Origin: Syntrophorhabdaceae bacterium
Lineage (GTDB): Bacteria; Desulfobacterota; Syntrophorhabdia; Syntrophorhabdales; Syntrophorhabdaceae
Length of the DNA: 64,000 bases
Assembly: GCA_963665295.1 (NCBI GenBank)
Contig: OY762209.1
Coordinates: 960,001-1,024,000 of the forward strand
Direction of reading: 5' to 3'
Shown: one piece after another, positions 47,110-57,126 of the stretch
How positions within the stretch are numbered: position 1 is the stretch's first letter
How the letters are laid out: every line of letters begins with the position of its first letter
The notes under the pieces: generated by a model
Seen by the model: only the letters and a program-made list of their open reading frames with translations
The model's database searches: none
What the model was told of the DNA's origin: nothing
Program-made: the position numbers and the translations under genes

Positions 47110-47204
47110 GACTAAACAGACTTAAACCAAACAAATCACGCCCATCGCTCCAAGCCGCTGCCGCTCTTCTAACCTGCCTCTCCCGCCGCTGCGCTCGTGC
47201 TGCC

Positions 47205-48332
47205 TTAGAAGGGCTTTTCTTCGGTTTCCAGCTTGAACTGGGACTGCTTCTTTTCTACCTCGTCTTTCTTTACCTCGGACATCTTTATCCTCAGCCTTAC
47301 GTCGTTCGGGCTGTCCGCGTAGGCTATGGCGGCGTCGTAGTCTATTCTGCCCGCCATGTAGAGGTCGAAGATATGCTGGTCGAAGGTCTGCATGCCCTCA
47401 TGGTAGGCAAGGGCCATGGCTTCCTTCAGGAGGTCTATCTCGCCCTTCAGGATGAGGTCCTTGACCCTCGGCGTGTCGAGGAGCACTTCTATGGCCGCCA
47501 CCCTCTTCCGGTCCACCGTGGGTATCAGCCTCTGGGAGATAATGGCCCTCAGGTTGAGGGAAAGCTGCATATATATCTGCAGGTGCCGCTCTATGGGGAA
47601 AAAATTGAGTATCCTCTCCATGGCCTGGTTCGCGTTATTCGAGTGGAGGGTCGCAAGGGCAAGGTGGCCCGTTTCCGCGAAGGTTATGGCATGCTCCATG
47701 GTCTCTGCGTCCCTTATCTCCCCTATGAGTATCACGTCCGGCGCCTGGCGCAGCATGTTCTTCAGGGCGTTGGCGAAGGAGTGGGTATCGAAGCCCACTT
47801 CACGCTGGGTGACCACGCTCATCTTATGGGGGTGGACGAACTCTATGGGGTCCTCTATGGTGATGATATGGCCGCTCTCAGTGGAATTCCTGTGGTCGAG
47901 CATGGCCGCGAGACTCGTCGACTTTCCGCTCCCCGTGGCGCCCACCACAAGGACCAGGCCTCGCTTGGTCATCACTATATCCTTCATGATATTAGGCAGA
48001 CCCAACTCATCGACGGTCTGGATGCGTATCTTTATCTGCCTGATGACGAGGCCCGTAAAGCTCCTCTGCCGGAATATGTTGACCCTGAACCGTCCCATGT
48101 CAGGATAATAGAGGGCAAGGTTCATTTCAAGATCTTCCTCGTAGGCCTTCCTCTGCCGCTCGCTCATGATGCCTACGGCGATGGCCTCCGTCTCCTCACG
48201 GGTCAGCGCTTCGCCGCCGTACGGCCCGACCCTCCCTTCGATACGGAACATGGGCGGGGCGCCCACGGTAAGGTAGATATCGGACGCGTCATTGTCCACC
48301 ATGTGCTTCAGGTAGTCTTTAAGGGTTGCCAC
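47205..48332 (-). CDS. pilU: Type IV pilus retraction ATPase PilU
   Basis: GATGSGKS, TIEDPIE, LRQAPDVILIGEIRD, TLHSNNA; follows pilT. Confidence 0.93.
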   Translation of the reverse strand: MATLKDYLKHMVDNDASDIYLTVGAPPMFRIEGRVGPYGGEALTREETEAIAVGIMSERQRKAYEEDLEMNLALYYPDMGRFRVNIFRQRSFTGLVIRQIKIRIQTVDELGLPNIMKDIVMTKRGLVLVVGATGSGKSTSLAAMLDHRNSTESGHIITIEDPIEFVHPHKMSVVTQREVGFDTHSFANALKNMLRQAPDVILIGEIRDAETMEHAITFAETGHLALATLHSNNANQAMERILNFFPIERHLQIYMQLSLNLRAIISQRLIPTVDRKRVAAIEVLLDTPRVKDLILKGEIDLLKEAMALAYHEGMQTFDQHIFDLYMAGRIDYDAAIAYADSPNDVRLRIKMSEVKKDEVEKKQSQFKLETEEKPF

Positions 48333-48335
48333 GGG

Positions 48336-49370
48336 TCACCTCAACGCCTTCGACAGGTAGAAAGAGACCTCTTCCCTGGTCACGAGGTTCCTCGCCATGA
48401 GGTCCTGCACCGAGGACTCCATGGTCTGCATCCCCTGGGCCTTGCTCGTCTGCATGCTGGAGAGGATCTGGAAGATCTTGCCCTCCCTTATGAGGTTTCT
48501 CACCGCGGGACTCCCGAGGAGTATCTCGAAGGCCGCAATCCTGCCCCTGCCGTCTTTCCTCTTGAAAAGGGCCTGGGTGATGACGGCCTGCATGGACTCG
48601 GCGAACATGGACCTCACCTGGTTCTGCTGGGCTGCGGGGAAAACATCGATCACCCTGTCCACCGTGCTCGGCGCGCCGCTCGTATGGAGGGTCCCGAAAA
48701 CGAGGTGCCCTGTTTCCGCCGCGGTCAGGGCGAGAGAGATGGTCTCCAGGTCCCTGAGTTCACCCACGAGGATCACGTCCGGGTCCTCCCGGAGCGCGCT
48801 TCTCAGGGCATTGGCAAAGCTCCTTGTATGGGGGCCGAGTTCCCTCTGGTTCATGAGACAGCTCTTCGACTGGTGGACAAACTCTATGGGGTCTTCTATG
48901 GTGATGATATGGCCCTTGCTCTCCGTATTAATGAGGTCTATCATGGTGGCGAGGGTCGTCGATTTTCCACTGCCCGTGGGGCCCGTAACAAGGACAAGGC
49001 CCTTTTCGAGACGGGCGATATCCATCATGACCTTGGGAAGGCCCAGATCCTCGAAAGAGGGGATGTGGTTGGGTATGGACCTGAAAACGGCCGCATCCCC
49101 GCGCTCCTGCTTGAAAACGTTTCCCCTGAACCTGCCGTATTCGCCGAGGGCGAAGGAGAAGTCCAGCTCCAGGTGCTCCTCGTACGCCTTCCGCTGCTGA
49201 TCGTTCAGGATACCGTATATCATGTTATGGACCGTCTCCCTGTCGAGGTTCGGCATGTCGACCTTCCGCATCTCGCCGTTTATCCTCACAAAGGGCTGCT
49301 CGCCCGCGCTCACATGGAGATCCGATCCATGATTTTCCACTGCAAAGATCAATAATTCCGAAATATCCAC
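48336..49370 (-). CDS. pilT: Type IV pilus retraction ATPase PilT
   Basis: GPTGSGKS, LREDPDVILVGELRD, AVRNLIREGK. Confidence 0.96.
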   Translation of the reverse strand: MDISELLIFAVENHGSDLHVSAGEQPFVRINGEMRKVDMPNLDRETVHNMIYGILNDQQRKAYEEHLELDFSFALGEYGRFRGNVFKQERGDAAVFRSIPNHIPSFEDLGLPKVMMDIARLEKGLVLVTGPTGSGKSTTLATMIDLINTESKGHIITIEDPIEFVHQSKSCLMNQRELGPHTRSFANALRSALREDPDVILVGELRDLETISLALTAAETGHLVFGTLHTSGAPSTVDRVIDVFPAAQQNQVRSMFAESMQAVITQALFKRKDGRGRIAAFEILLGSPAVRNLIREGKIFQILSSMQTSKAQGMQTMESSVQDLMARNLVTREEVSFYLSKALR

Positions 49371-49379
49371 ACAGGCCTC

Positions 49380-50462
49380 CTAGTGTAGTGTCTCAGTAAC
49401 GCCTTTACAGCGATTCACTTTTTCAAGTATCTCCTCGGCCTTCCTGGTCCATACGAAGGGTTTGGGGTCTTCGTTGTTGCAGCGAATATATTCTTCGATG
49501 GCGGTCACCAGTTCCTGAACGCTTTTGAAGATGCCGCGACGAATTCTCTTTCGTGTGATCTCCCCGAACCAGCGCTCCACCAGGTTAAGCCACGACGAGC
49601 TTGTGGGTGTAAAGTGGGGAACGAAACGGGGGTGTTTTTCGAGCCATGCTTTCACATTGGGGTGGGTATGAGTTCCGTAGTTGTCGAGAATCATATGGAC
49701 ATCGAGGCCCTTTGGCACCTGACGGTCTATGGTACGCAGGAACTTAAGAAATTCGGTATTTCTGTGGCGGGGATAGCAGGAGCCTATGACTTTTCCTTCC
49801 AGAACATTGAGGGCGGCAAAAAGACAGGTAGTGCCGTTCCTTTTGTAGTCGTGGGTCATCGTGCCGCAGCGCCCCTTCTTCATCGGTAATCCCGGCTGGG
49901 TCCGGTCCAGGGCCTGCACCTGGCTTTTCTCATCCACACAGAGTACCACCGCTTTGTCGGGAGGATTGAGATAGACGCCCACCACATCGGTCAGTTTCTC
50001 CACGAACTTCTTGTCTCTGGACAGCTTGAAAGTTTCTACCCGATGGGGCTGTAGTCCATGGGCATCCCAGATGCGCTGCACGGTGGCATGGCTCACGCCC
50101 TTCTCCTTTGCCATGGTGCGGGTGGACCACTGAGTAGCATCTTTGGGAGTTGTATGGAGCGTGGCTTCCACGATGGTGCGCACTATCTCCGGGTTAAGGC
50201 GCCTTGAACTCGGCCCATGGGGTGCGTCCTCCGACAAACCGGAGGGGCCCTGTTCTCTGAAGCGGCCTACCCACAATATCACCGTAGGGCGGGAGGTATT
50301 GAGCCTCTTCGCTATGGCGTTATGGGACATCCCTTCTGCCGCGAGCAGGCAGATGCGGGAGCGTAGAACCACCCTTTGGGGAGTCTTCTTTGCTTTGACC
50401 CATGTTTCCAATGTCTTTCTCTGCTCTTCCGTCATGTCTAGCGTACTGGCTGGATTCCACAT
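49380..50462 (-). CDS. IS630 transposase
   Basis: WSTRTMA, VDEKSQ, LDNYGTH, SWLNLVERWF. Confidence 0.96.
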   Translation of the reverse strand: MWNPASTLDMTEEQRKTLETWVKAKKTPQRVVLRSRICLLAAEGMSHNAIAKRLNTSRPTVILWVGRFREQGPSGLSEDAPHGPSSRRLNPEIVRTIVEATLHTTPKDATQWSTRTMAKEKGVSHATVQRIWDAHGLQPHRVETFKLSRDKKFVEKLTDVVGVYLNPPDKAVVLCVDEKSQVQALDRTQPGLPMKKGRCGTMTHDYKRNGTTCLFAALNVLEGKVIGSCYPRHRNTEFLKFLRTIDRQVPKGLDVHMILDNYGTHTHPNVKAWLEKHPRFVPHFTPTSSSWLNLVERWFGEITRKRIRRGIFKSVQELVTAIEEYIRCNNEDPKPFVWTRKAEEILEKVNRCKGVTETLH

Positions 50463-50519
50463 GCACTATGATAGCATAGCCAAGGGTAATTGTAAAGCTA
50501 TTAGTGAGACAGTACACTA
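49381..50519 (-). mobile_element. IS630-family insertion sequence with TA target duplication
   Basis: IRs TAGTGTAGTGTCTCAGTAACGCCTTTACA / TGTAAAGCTATTAGTGAGACAGTACACTA. Confidence 0.95.
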
Positions 50520-51035
50520 GCTTTCCAGCGCTGCCACCTCTTTAACTGTCGGCAGGTCGGCGATATTCTTTAGGCCATAGGTCTCAAGAAATATCTTCGT
50601 CGTCCTGAACACCATGGGTGCGCCCGCGTCTTCGAGTCTCCCCCCAAGCTCGATCAGCCTCCTTTCAAGGAGGTGCTTGATGGTGCGGGCCGAGTCCACG
50701 CCCCTCACCCGGTCAATATCCCGTTTCGAGACAGGCTGCTTGTACGCGATAATAGCGAGGGTCTCGAGGAGGGACCTTGTGAGCCCGGCTTCCTTTTCCC
50801 TCACGAACCTCTTTACCCAGTCCCTGTAATCGACCTTCGTCCTCATCTGGTATCCGCCCGAGACCTCCGAAATGGCGACCGCCCTGTCTGACCGGTTGTA
50901 TTCGTCAATGAGACTTTCCAGCGCACCGGCCACGTCGTCCGGAGGGAAATCATTCAATTTTTTCGTGAGATACCGGAGCGTAACGGGGCGCGCCGAAGAG
51001 AAGAGCACTGCTTCTATAATCCTTTTCAGTTCCAT
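50517..51035 (-). CDS. scpB: SMC-Scp complex subunit ScpB
   Basis: IEAVLF, LETLAIIAYKQP, RGVDS. Confidence 0.95.
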   Translation of the reverse strand: MELKRIIEAVLFSSARPVTLRYLTKKLNDFPPDDVAGALESLIDEYNRSDRAVAISEVSGGYQMRTKVDYRDWVKRFVREKEAGLTRSLLETLAIIAYKQPVSKRDIDRVRGVDSARTIKHLLERRLIELGGRLEDAGAPMVFRTTKIFLETYGLKNIADLPTVKEVAALES

Positions 51036-51039
51036 CTGT

Positions 51040-51963
51040 CTAGCGGTCCAGGAACTGAGCCATTTCGACCCTCACGGCCTCAATCTCCTCGGGATACCTG
51101 AACAGGTGCACGTCCTTCTCCTTTGCAAACCAGGTAAACTGCCTTTTCGCATAATGCCTTGTCTGTTTCTTAATATCTTCTACCATATCCTTATAGGGAA
51201 TTAAACCCTTGAGATAGAGGACGATTTCCCGGTAGCCGATGCCTGAGAAAGGCTTCGAGGTCTCGTCGTAACCCATGGATAAGAGGCCTTTTACCTCGTC
51301 CACCCATCCGGCTTCGAGCATTTCCTCCACCCGCCTGTTGATCCTCAGGTAAAGCTCCTCCCTTTCCCTGTCGAGGCCGATCTTGAGCACATTGTACCGC
51401 GCTTCCCGGAACCCGTGGGCCGCAACCAGCTCGGACATGGGCTTGCCCGTGAGAAGGAAAACCTCCTTTGCCCTTACCGCCCTCACTTTGTCCCGGAAGC
51501 TTATCTTCATGGCGTACCCGTGGTCGATGCGCTTCAGGTCTTCATAGAACGCCAGGGGGTCCTCGTCGTAGGCCTTTCTCAATGCTTCTCTCAACGCCCT
51601 GTCCGTGGGGGCTTCGAAGAGGCCGTAAGTGAGGGCCTTCAGATAAAGGCCCGTGCCGCCCACGAGGATGGGGACCATATTGCGCCCGAGGACCTCGTTG
51701 ATTGCCGCGTCCGCCCTCTCTTTGAACATGGCCGCGTTGAAATCCTCCCCGGGGCCCACGATGTCGATCAGGTGGTGGGGGCATTGCCCGAGGGTGGCGG
51801 CGTCAGGCTTCGCGGTGCCGATATTGAAGTGGGTGTAGACCTGCATGGAGTCGGCGTTTATGATCTCTCCGCCGAACCTTTCCGCCGCATCGAGGGCAAG
51901 AGCCGACTTCCCCGTACACGTGGGACCCACTATGGCTATGATTTTCTTATCGTTTGATAACAT
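51040..51963 (-). CDS. miaA: tRNA dimethylallyltransferase
   Basis: GPTCTGKS, ADSMQVY, GGTGLY, TRHYAKRQFTW. Confidence 0.96.
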   Translation of the reverse strand: MLSNDKKIIAIVGPTCTGKSALALDAAERFGGEIINADSMQVYTHFNIGTAKPDAATLGQCPHHLIDIVGPGEDFNAAMFKERADAAINEVLGRNMVPILVGGTGLYLKALTYGLFEAPTDRALREALRKAYDEDPLAFYEDLKRIDHGYAMKISFRDKVRAVRAKEVFLLTGKPMSELVAAHGFREARYNVLKIGLDREREELYLRINRRVEEMLEAGWVDEVKGLLSMGYDETSKPFSGIGYREIVLYLKGLIPYKDMVEDIKKQTRHYAKRQFTWFAKEKDVHLFRYPEEIEAVRVEMAQFLDR

Positions 51964-51992
51964 GGATGCATATAAAGTATAATATGCAGGCC

Positions 51993-53864
51993 ATGTATTC
52001 AAGGGTTATAAAGCTCACCATCATGCTCCTCCTCCTCCCTGCCATGTTCGGGGCGGGGTTCGGGTACGCCCTTGTCAACTACCTTGAAATCCCTGATGTA
52101 AAACAGCTTGAAAGCTACAAGCCGAAATCGGCCACCCGCCTCTACTCGGACGACGGCACCCTGTTTGCGGAGCTTTTTGTGGAGAAGCGTGTGCCCATAC
52201 CCATAACGGAGATGCCCTACAACCTGAAATATGCCTTTATCGCCATCGAGGATGTGAGGTTTTACAGCCATTTCGGCGTGGACGTAAGGGGCATAGGCAG
52301 GGCGGCGTTCAAGAACGTCTTGAAAGGAGGCTTGAGCGAAGGAGCCTCGACCATTACCCAGCAATTGGCCCGGAACCTCTACCTCAGCCAGCAGAAGACC
52401 TTCAAGAGAAAGATCGAGGAAGCGGTCCTGGCGATCCAGATAGAACGGTCCTATTCCAAGGACGAGATACTGAACATGTACCTCAACCTTATCTACCTGG
52501 GCGAGGGCGCCCACGGGGTTGAAGCGGCGGCCTACACCTATTTCCACAAGAGGGCGAAAGAGCTCACCCTGGAAGAGTGCGCCACCCTTGCGGCGCTCAC
52601 GAAATCGCCTTCAAGACTCTCCCCCTTCAAGGCGCCCGCGAAGGCCCTGGAACGGAGAAACATCGTCCTCTATAAGATGTATGACGCGGGGTTCATCCCG
52701 AAGACCTCCTATACGAAGGCGGTGAAGACGGCCCTCACCGTGGCCCCCTTAAGGATGTACGAGAAGAAGAACGGCTATTATATCGAATATGCGAAGCAGG
52801 TGCTCGAAGATTATGTGACGGAACCCCTCGAAGTCTACACCCGCGGCCTCAACGTGAAGACAACGGTAAACCTCAAGATGACCCAGTATGCCTACGAAGC
52901 GATCCAGAAAGGCATCGACGGGTACAGGAAGAGGAACCCGAACTCCACCGAGGTCCCCGAGGTCGCCCTTGTCGCCATCGAGGTGAAGACGGGCGAACTG
53001 AAGGTCCTTATCGGAGGCACCGATTTCTCCGTCTCGCCCTTTAACAGGGCCGTTCAGGCCAAGAGGCAGCCGGGGTCTTCCTTTAAGCCCATCATTTACG
53101 GCGCCGCCCTGGAAAAGGGCATGAAGCCCGACACCATGCTCCGGGATGCGCCTATATCCTTCACCAACCCTTACACCCACACAGTGTGGCACCCGAAGAA
53201 CTACAAGAATGAGTACCTCGGGGACGTCACCATGAGAAGGGCCCTGGAGAATTCCCTCAACACGGCAACGGTGCGCCTCCTTGAGAGGACCGGCATAGAC
53301 AACGTAATCGACCTTGCGAAAAGGCTCCACATCGACGCCAACTTCCAGCCCAACCTCTCCCTCGCCCTCGGGACCACGGAGATCGCTCCTCTCGACCTCG
53401 CCAATGCATATGCGGCCTTTGCGAGAGGCGGAGTCTACATGCCCCCGGTGGCGGTGAAGAACGTGACCACCACCGAAGGTGAGGAGAAATTCGCCGAAGA
53501 GGTCCACGGCGAGACGGTAGTCCCCCCGGCCGTGGCATACGCCCTGGTGGACATCATGAAAGGCGTGATCAAGAGGGGCACGGGCAGGTCCGCGGCGGGC
53601 ATGCCTTACATGCTTGCGGGCAAGACAGGGACCACGGATGAGTTCCGGGACGCCTGGTTCATCGGTTTTTCTCCCAATCTCCTCTGTGCGGTATGGGTCG
53701 GATTCGACAAGAGGGCCTATCTCGGGAACAAGGAAACAGGCGGGACCGCGGCGCTTCCCATCTGGATCGACTTCATGTCGAAGGCCCTGCCCTCGTATCC
53801 CAATGACGATTTCTCATTCCTGCCCGAAGAGGCCAAAGGGGGTTCAAACGGGGAAACGCCCTGA
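51993..53864 (+). CDS. Class A penicillin-binding protein (PBP1A family; start 51984 or 51993)
   Basis: EDVRF, GASTITQQLAR, QPGSSFKP, SLN, GKTGT. Confidence 0.95.
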   Translation: MYSRVIKLTIMLLLLPAMFGAGFGYALVNYLEIPDVKQLESYKPKSATRLYSDDGTLFAELFVEKRVPIPITEMPYNLKYAFIAIEDVRFYSHFGVDVRGIGRAAFKNVLKGGLSEGASTITQQLARNLYLSQQKTFKRKIEEAVLAIQIERSYSKDEILNMYLNLIYLGEGAHGVEAAAYTYFHKRAKELTLEECATLAALTKSPSRLSPFKAPAKALERRNIVLYKMYDAGFIPKTSYTKAVKTALTVAPLRMYEKKNGYYIEYAKQVLEDYVTEPLEVYTRGLNVKTTVNLKMTQYAYEAIQKGIDGYRKRNPNSTEVPEVALVAIEVKTGELKVLIGGTDFSVSPFNRAVQAKRQPGSSFKPIIYGAALEKGMKPDTMLRDAPISFTNPYTHTVWHPKNYKNEYLGDVTMRRALENSLNTATVRLLERTGIDNVIDLAKRLHIDANFQPNLSLALGTTEIAPLDLANAYAAFARGGVYMPPVAVKNVTTTEGEEKFAEEVHGETVVPPAVAYALVDIMKGVIKRGTGRSAAGMPYMLAGKTGTTDEFRDAWFIGFSPNLLCAVWVGFDKRAYLGNKETGGTAALPIWIDFMSKALPSYPNDDFSFLPEEAKGGSNGETP

Positions 53865-53953
53865 TCATGGGGTCGCCGCGCCGCGCCGGCCCATATGCCT
53901 GATATGCCCCGGATTCGTTTCCGCGCCGGCCGGAGCCCGGCTTCCGGCCTGTA

Positions 53954-53981
53954 TTGACAAATACCTGAAACTCGTTATACT
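53954..53981 (+). promoter_or_regulatory. Sigma-70 promoter of gspG
   Basis: TTGACA-N16-TATACT. Confidence 0.6.
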
Positions 53982-54005
53982 TATTCAGAACGGAGGGCTA
54001 TTATT

Positions 54006-54434
54006 ATGCGCTTAAGGCAACTCAAACGGTCCGACAGGCGGGGCTTCACCCTCGTCGAACTCCTCGTCGTTATGGTGATCATAGGTCTTCTCGCCGCCCT
54101 GGTGGGACCGAAACTCTTCCCGAAACTCGGAAAAGGCAAACAATCCGCGGCAAAGGCGCAAATCGAACTGCTCGGTCAGGCCCTGGACCAGTTCCGTCTC
54201 GACGTGGGCAGATACCCCACCACACAGGAAGGTCTCGCGGCCCTGGTCACGAACCCCGGAATAGATAACTGGGATGGGCCATACCTGAAGAAGGCGCTGC
54301 CCAGTGACCCCTGGGGGAAACCCTATAATTATCAGTGTCCCGGCACCCACGGCGAGTTCGATATATTTTCCTACGGAAGGGATGGCGCCGCCGGCGGAGA
54401 AGGCGAGGACAAGGACGTGGCGAGTTGGGAATAA
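54006..54434 (+). CDS. gspG: Type II secretion major pseudopilin
   Basis: GFTLVELLVV, GRYPTTQEGL, DPWGKPY. Confidence 0.95.
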   Translation: MRLRQLKRSDRRGFTLVELLVVMVIIGLLAALVGPKLFPKLGKGKQSAAKAQIELLGQALDQFRLDVGRYPTTQEGLAALVTNPGIDNWDGPYLKKALPSDPWGKPYNYQCPGTHGEFDIFSYGRDGAAGGEGEDKDVASWE

Positions 54435-54564
54435 TGACGCCCCTGCTGCGCCGAGGGGCATAGCCTGCCATTGTGACGGAAAAAGACCATCTCACGCTTG
54501 AGGACCCCGGATGCCCGGGGTCCTTTACCGCAATTGACATACTCGAAGGGATGCATTATTGTAA

Positions 54565-57093
54565 TTGTACGTACTGGGGGTTCGTCTGCGAAGGTTGAGG
54601 TTCATCGCTGTTTGTTGTGCAATCGCTGTAGGGGCGGGAATAATCATGGCCCCCTGCGGCATCGGTGCGGCCGAATCAGCGCCGGACCGGGGGGCGTCCG
54701 TCGCACCCGCGCAAAGCCAAACCTCCCCTACCCAGCCCGCGCCGCAGGGCGCGACCGCCGCCCAGGTGAACAGCGAAAAGACTGCGCCCCCTTCACCCGC
54801 AGCGCCGACTCCGGCAGCACCGGTTAAACAAACCGCAGCGCCTAAGCCCGAGGCGGCTCAGCCCGCAAAACCCATAGTTTCCCCGGCAGACCAGGCACAG
54901 GGCGCCCAGGCACCCGTAGTGAAGCCCCCTCAGACGGCAGCGCCCGCCCAGGTTTCACCCCAGGTACCTCCCCCGGGACCGACCCCGGCAGGACAAGCTT
55001 TTCCCGGAAGACAGGCCCCCATGAGGCCCGCCCCTTCCCAGGCAGCGCCCGGTGTGCAGGGACCGGCCGGCCAGATCAGGGGCCCGCAGCCCCCTATGCC
55101 CGCAGGAACCCCGTCCCCTATGCCCGCACCGAGAAGACCGGCCCCGATCGGAGGAGGCGGCGGCATGATCAGCCTTAACTTCGATGACGCCGACGTGTTT
55201 TCCGTAATCCAGACCATCTTCGGCGATATACTCCGGGTCAATTACGTGGTTGATCCCCGCATCAAAGGACGGGTTACCTTCAGGTCCGTCGCGCCCATAA
55301 GCAAGGACCAGGTCCTTCCCGTTATGGAAGTCATCCTGAGGCTCAATGCCATAGGAATCGTGGAAGATAACAGCCTCTACAGGATAGTGCCCCTCGCCGA
55401 AGTATCGAGAGAGCCGTCTCCTGTCTCCTTCGGGCGGGACGCGTCCGCCATACCCGTAACAGGCAAGTCGATGATCCAGGTGGTGCCCGTGGTCTACCTC
55501 CAGTCCACGGAGGTGGTGAAGCTCATTACGCCTTTCCTGTCGGCAAACGCGGTGGTCCTCGATGTGCCGAAGAGCAACCAGATCATCGTCGTCGATACGG
55601 ACGCGAGCGTAAGAAGGGTGCTCCAGCTCATCGAAACCTTCGACAACGAAAAACAGAAAAAGAAGAGGGCAACCGTATATGTATATCCCGTTCAGAACGG
55701 GAAAGCGAAGGATATTGCAAACCTCCTGAACCAGATATTCCTCGGCGCCAGGCCCGGAATGACCGGGGCCCTGGGGACGACGGGGCAGATGGGGATGTCG
55801 GGATTGTCGGCCGGCGGGTTAGGCGCCTCGACAGCGGGGAGACCGGGCAGCACCCCCACGCCGACCCCTGCCATGTCATCGGGCTCCAGCCTGCCCACCC
55901 AGTCCATGGTCCAGCCCATGCAGACGGGGTATGGGGTACAGGGCGTGGGCGGGGAAAGGCTCGTCTCCGAGATAACACGAATATTCTTTGACGACATCAT
56001 AAATTCCATCATCGTCCTCGCCACACCCGAAGACTATGAAACGATTAAAGAGACCATAGCAAAGATAGACGTGGTGCCGAGACAGGTCGTGATCGAAGGC
56101 GTGATCGCCCAGATATCGATGCAGGACGAACTCAGCCTGGGCCTCGCCTATTCCATGAACCTCCAGTTCAAGGTCGGGGGCGGGAGCATCGGCGGGCCCA
56201 TCGGCCTTAACCAGGCGACGCTGCAAGGCCTGGATGCAACCAAACAGTCGGGAACGGGGTTCAGCTTTGTGGGCGTGGACAGCAACGGGCTGGTGAGGGC
56301 CTACATCAATGCCCTTGCCACCGAATCAAAGGCAAAGCTCCTCGCGGCCCCCCACGTGCTGGTGACGGACAACCGCGAAGCGCGGATACAGGTTGGTCAG
56401 CAGGTCCCCATCCTCACCTCCGAGACCTACGGCTCGTCAACGGTTGCGCCGCAGAGAACGATCCAGTACAAAGACATCGGCATCATCCTCAAGGTAAAGC
56501 CCCAGATCAATGCGAGCGGCCTCGTGGCCCTCGAGATGTCCCAGGAAGTCTCCACCTACGAGACTATTACCCTTTTCGCGAACGAAACCCAGATCATCCT
56601 CGACAAGACCGAGGCGTCGTCAAGCCTCGTGGTTCAGGACGGCCAGACGATCATCATAGGCGGCCTTATCAGGGAAGATCTCACCTCATCGGGTTCGGGC
56701 ATCCCGTTTCTCCGGAGCATTCCCATCCTCGGGTACCTCTTCGGGAATGTCAACAAGAAGAAGAACCGCGTGGAGATCATCATCCTTCTCACCCCCCACG
56801 TGATCAAGAACCAGAGGGAAGCGGCAGGCATAACCGGCGAATATGTCGATAACATTACGGGGAAAGAAAGCTCGAAGGGCGGCTTGAAGAAAGACGAACT
56901 GCTGAAGGGCGGCGTCCAGGTGAAAAAGGGCCTCCGGGAGCCCACCGGACCTGAAATGCCTTACAACGATAACCTTCCGCCTGACATAATTGTTCCCCTT
57001 CCCGGCGTCCTTCCCGAACCGGGAAGCGGGGTCACCATACCCGCGAGTCCAGGGTTCATAGGCGGCCCGCTGAGGGTCCCGGCCAACCCGTAA
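54565..57093 (+). CDS. gspD: Type II secretion secretin with long Pro/Ala/Gln-rich linker (start uncertain)
   Basis: ISLNFDDAD (N0), PRQVVIEGVI, QVGQQVP, GIPFLRSIPILGYLF. Confidence 0.92.
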   Translation: MYVLGVRLRRLRFIAVCCAIAVGAGIIMAPCGIGAAESAPDRGASVAPAQSQTSPTQPAPQGATAAQVNSEKTAPPSPAAPTPAAPVKQTAAPKPEAAQPAKPIVSPADQAQGAQAPVVKPPQTAAPAQVSPQVPPPGPTPAGQAFPGRQAPMRPAPSQAAPGVQGPAGQIRGPQPPMPAGTPSPMPAPRRPAPIGGGGGMISLNFDDADVFSVIQTIFGDILRVNYVVDPRIKGRVTFRSVAPISKDQVLPVMEVILRLNAIGIVEDNSLYRIVPLAEVSREPSPVSFGRDASAIPVTGKSMIQVVPVVYLQSTEVVKLITPFLSANAVVLDVPKSNQIIVVDTDASVRRVLQLIETFDNEKQKKKRATVYVYPVQNGKAKDIANLLNQIFLGARPGMTGALGTTGQMGMSGLSAGGLGASTAGRPGSTPTPTPAMSSGSSLPTQSMVQPMQTGYGVQGVGGERLVSEITRIFFDDIINSIIVLATPEDYETIKETIAKIDVVPRQVVIEGVIAQISMQDELSLGLAYSMNLQFKVGGGSIGGPIGLNQATLQGLDATKQSGTGFSFVGVDSNGLVRAYINALATESKAKLLAAPHVLVTDNREARIQVGQQVPILTSETYGSSTVAPQRTIQYKDIGIILKVKPQINASGLVALEMSQEVSTYETITLFANETQIILDKTEASSSLVVQDGQTIIIGGLIREDLTSSGSGIPFLRSIPILGYLFGNVNKKKNRVEIIILLTPHVIKNQREAAGITGEYVDNITGKESSKGGLKKDELLKGGVQVKKGLREPTGPEMPYNDNLPPDIIVPLPGVLPEPGSGVTIPASPGFIGGPLRVPANP

Positions 57094-57126
57094 CCGCGTT
57101 ACCCCGTGAGGCCCGGCCCGCGGCGG

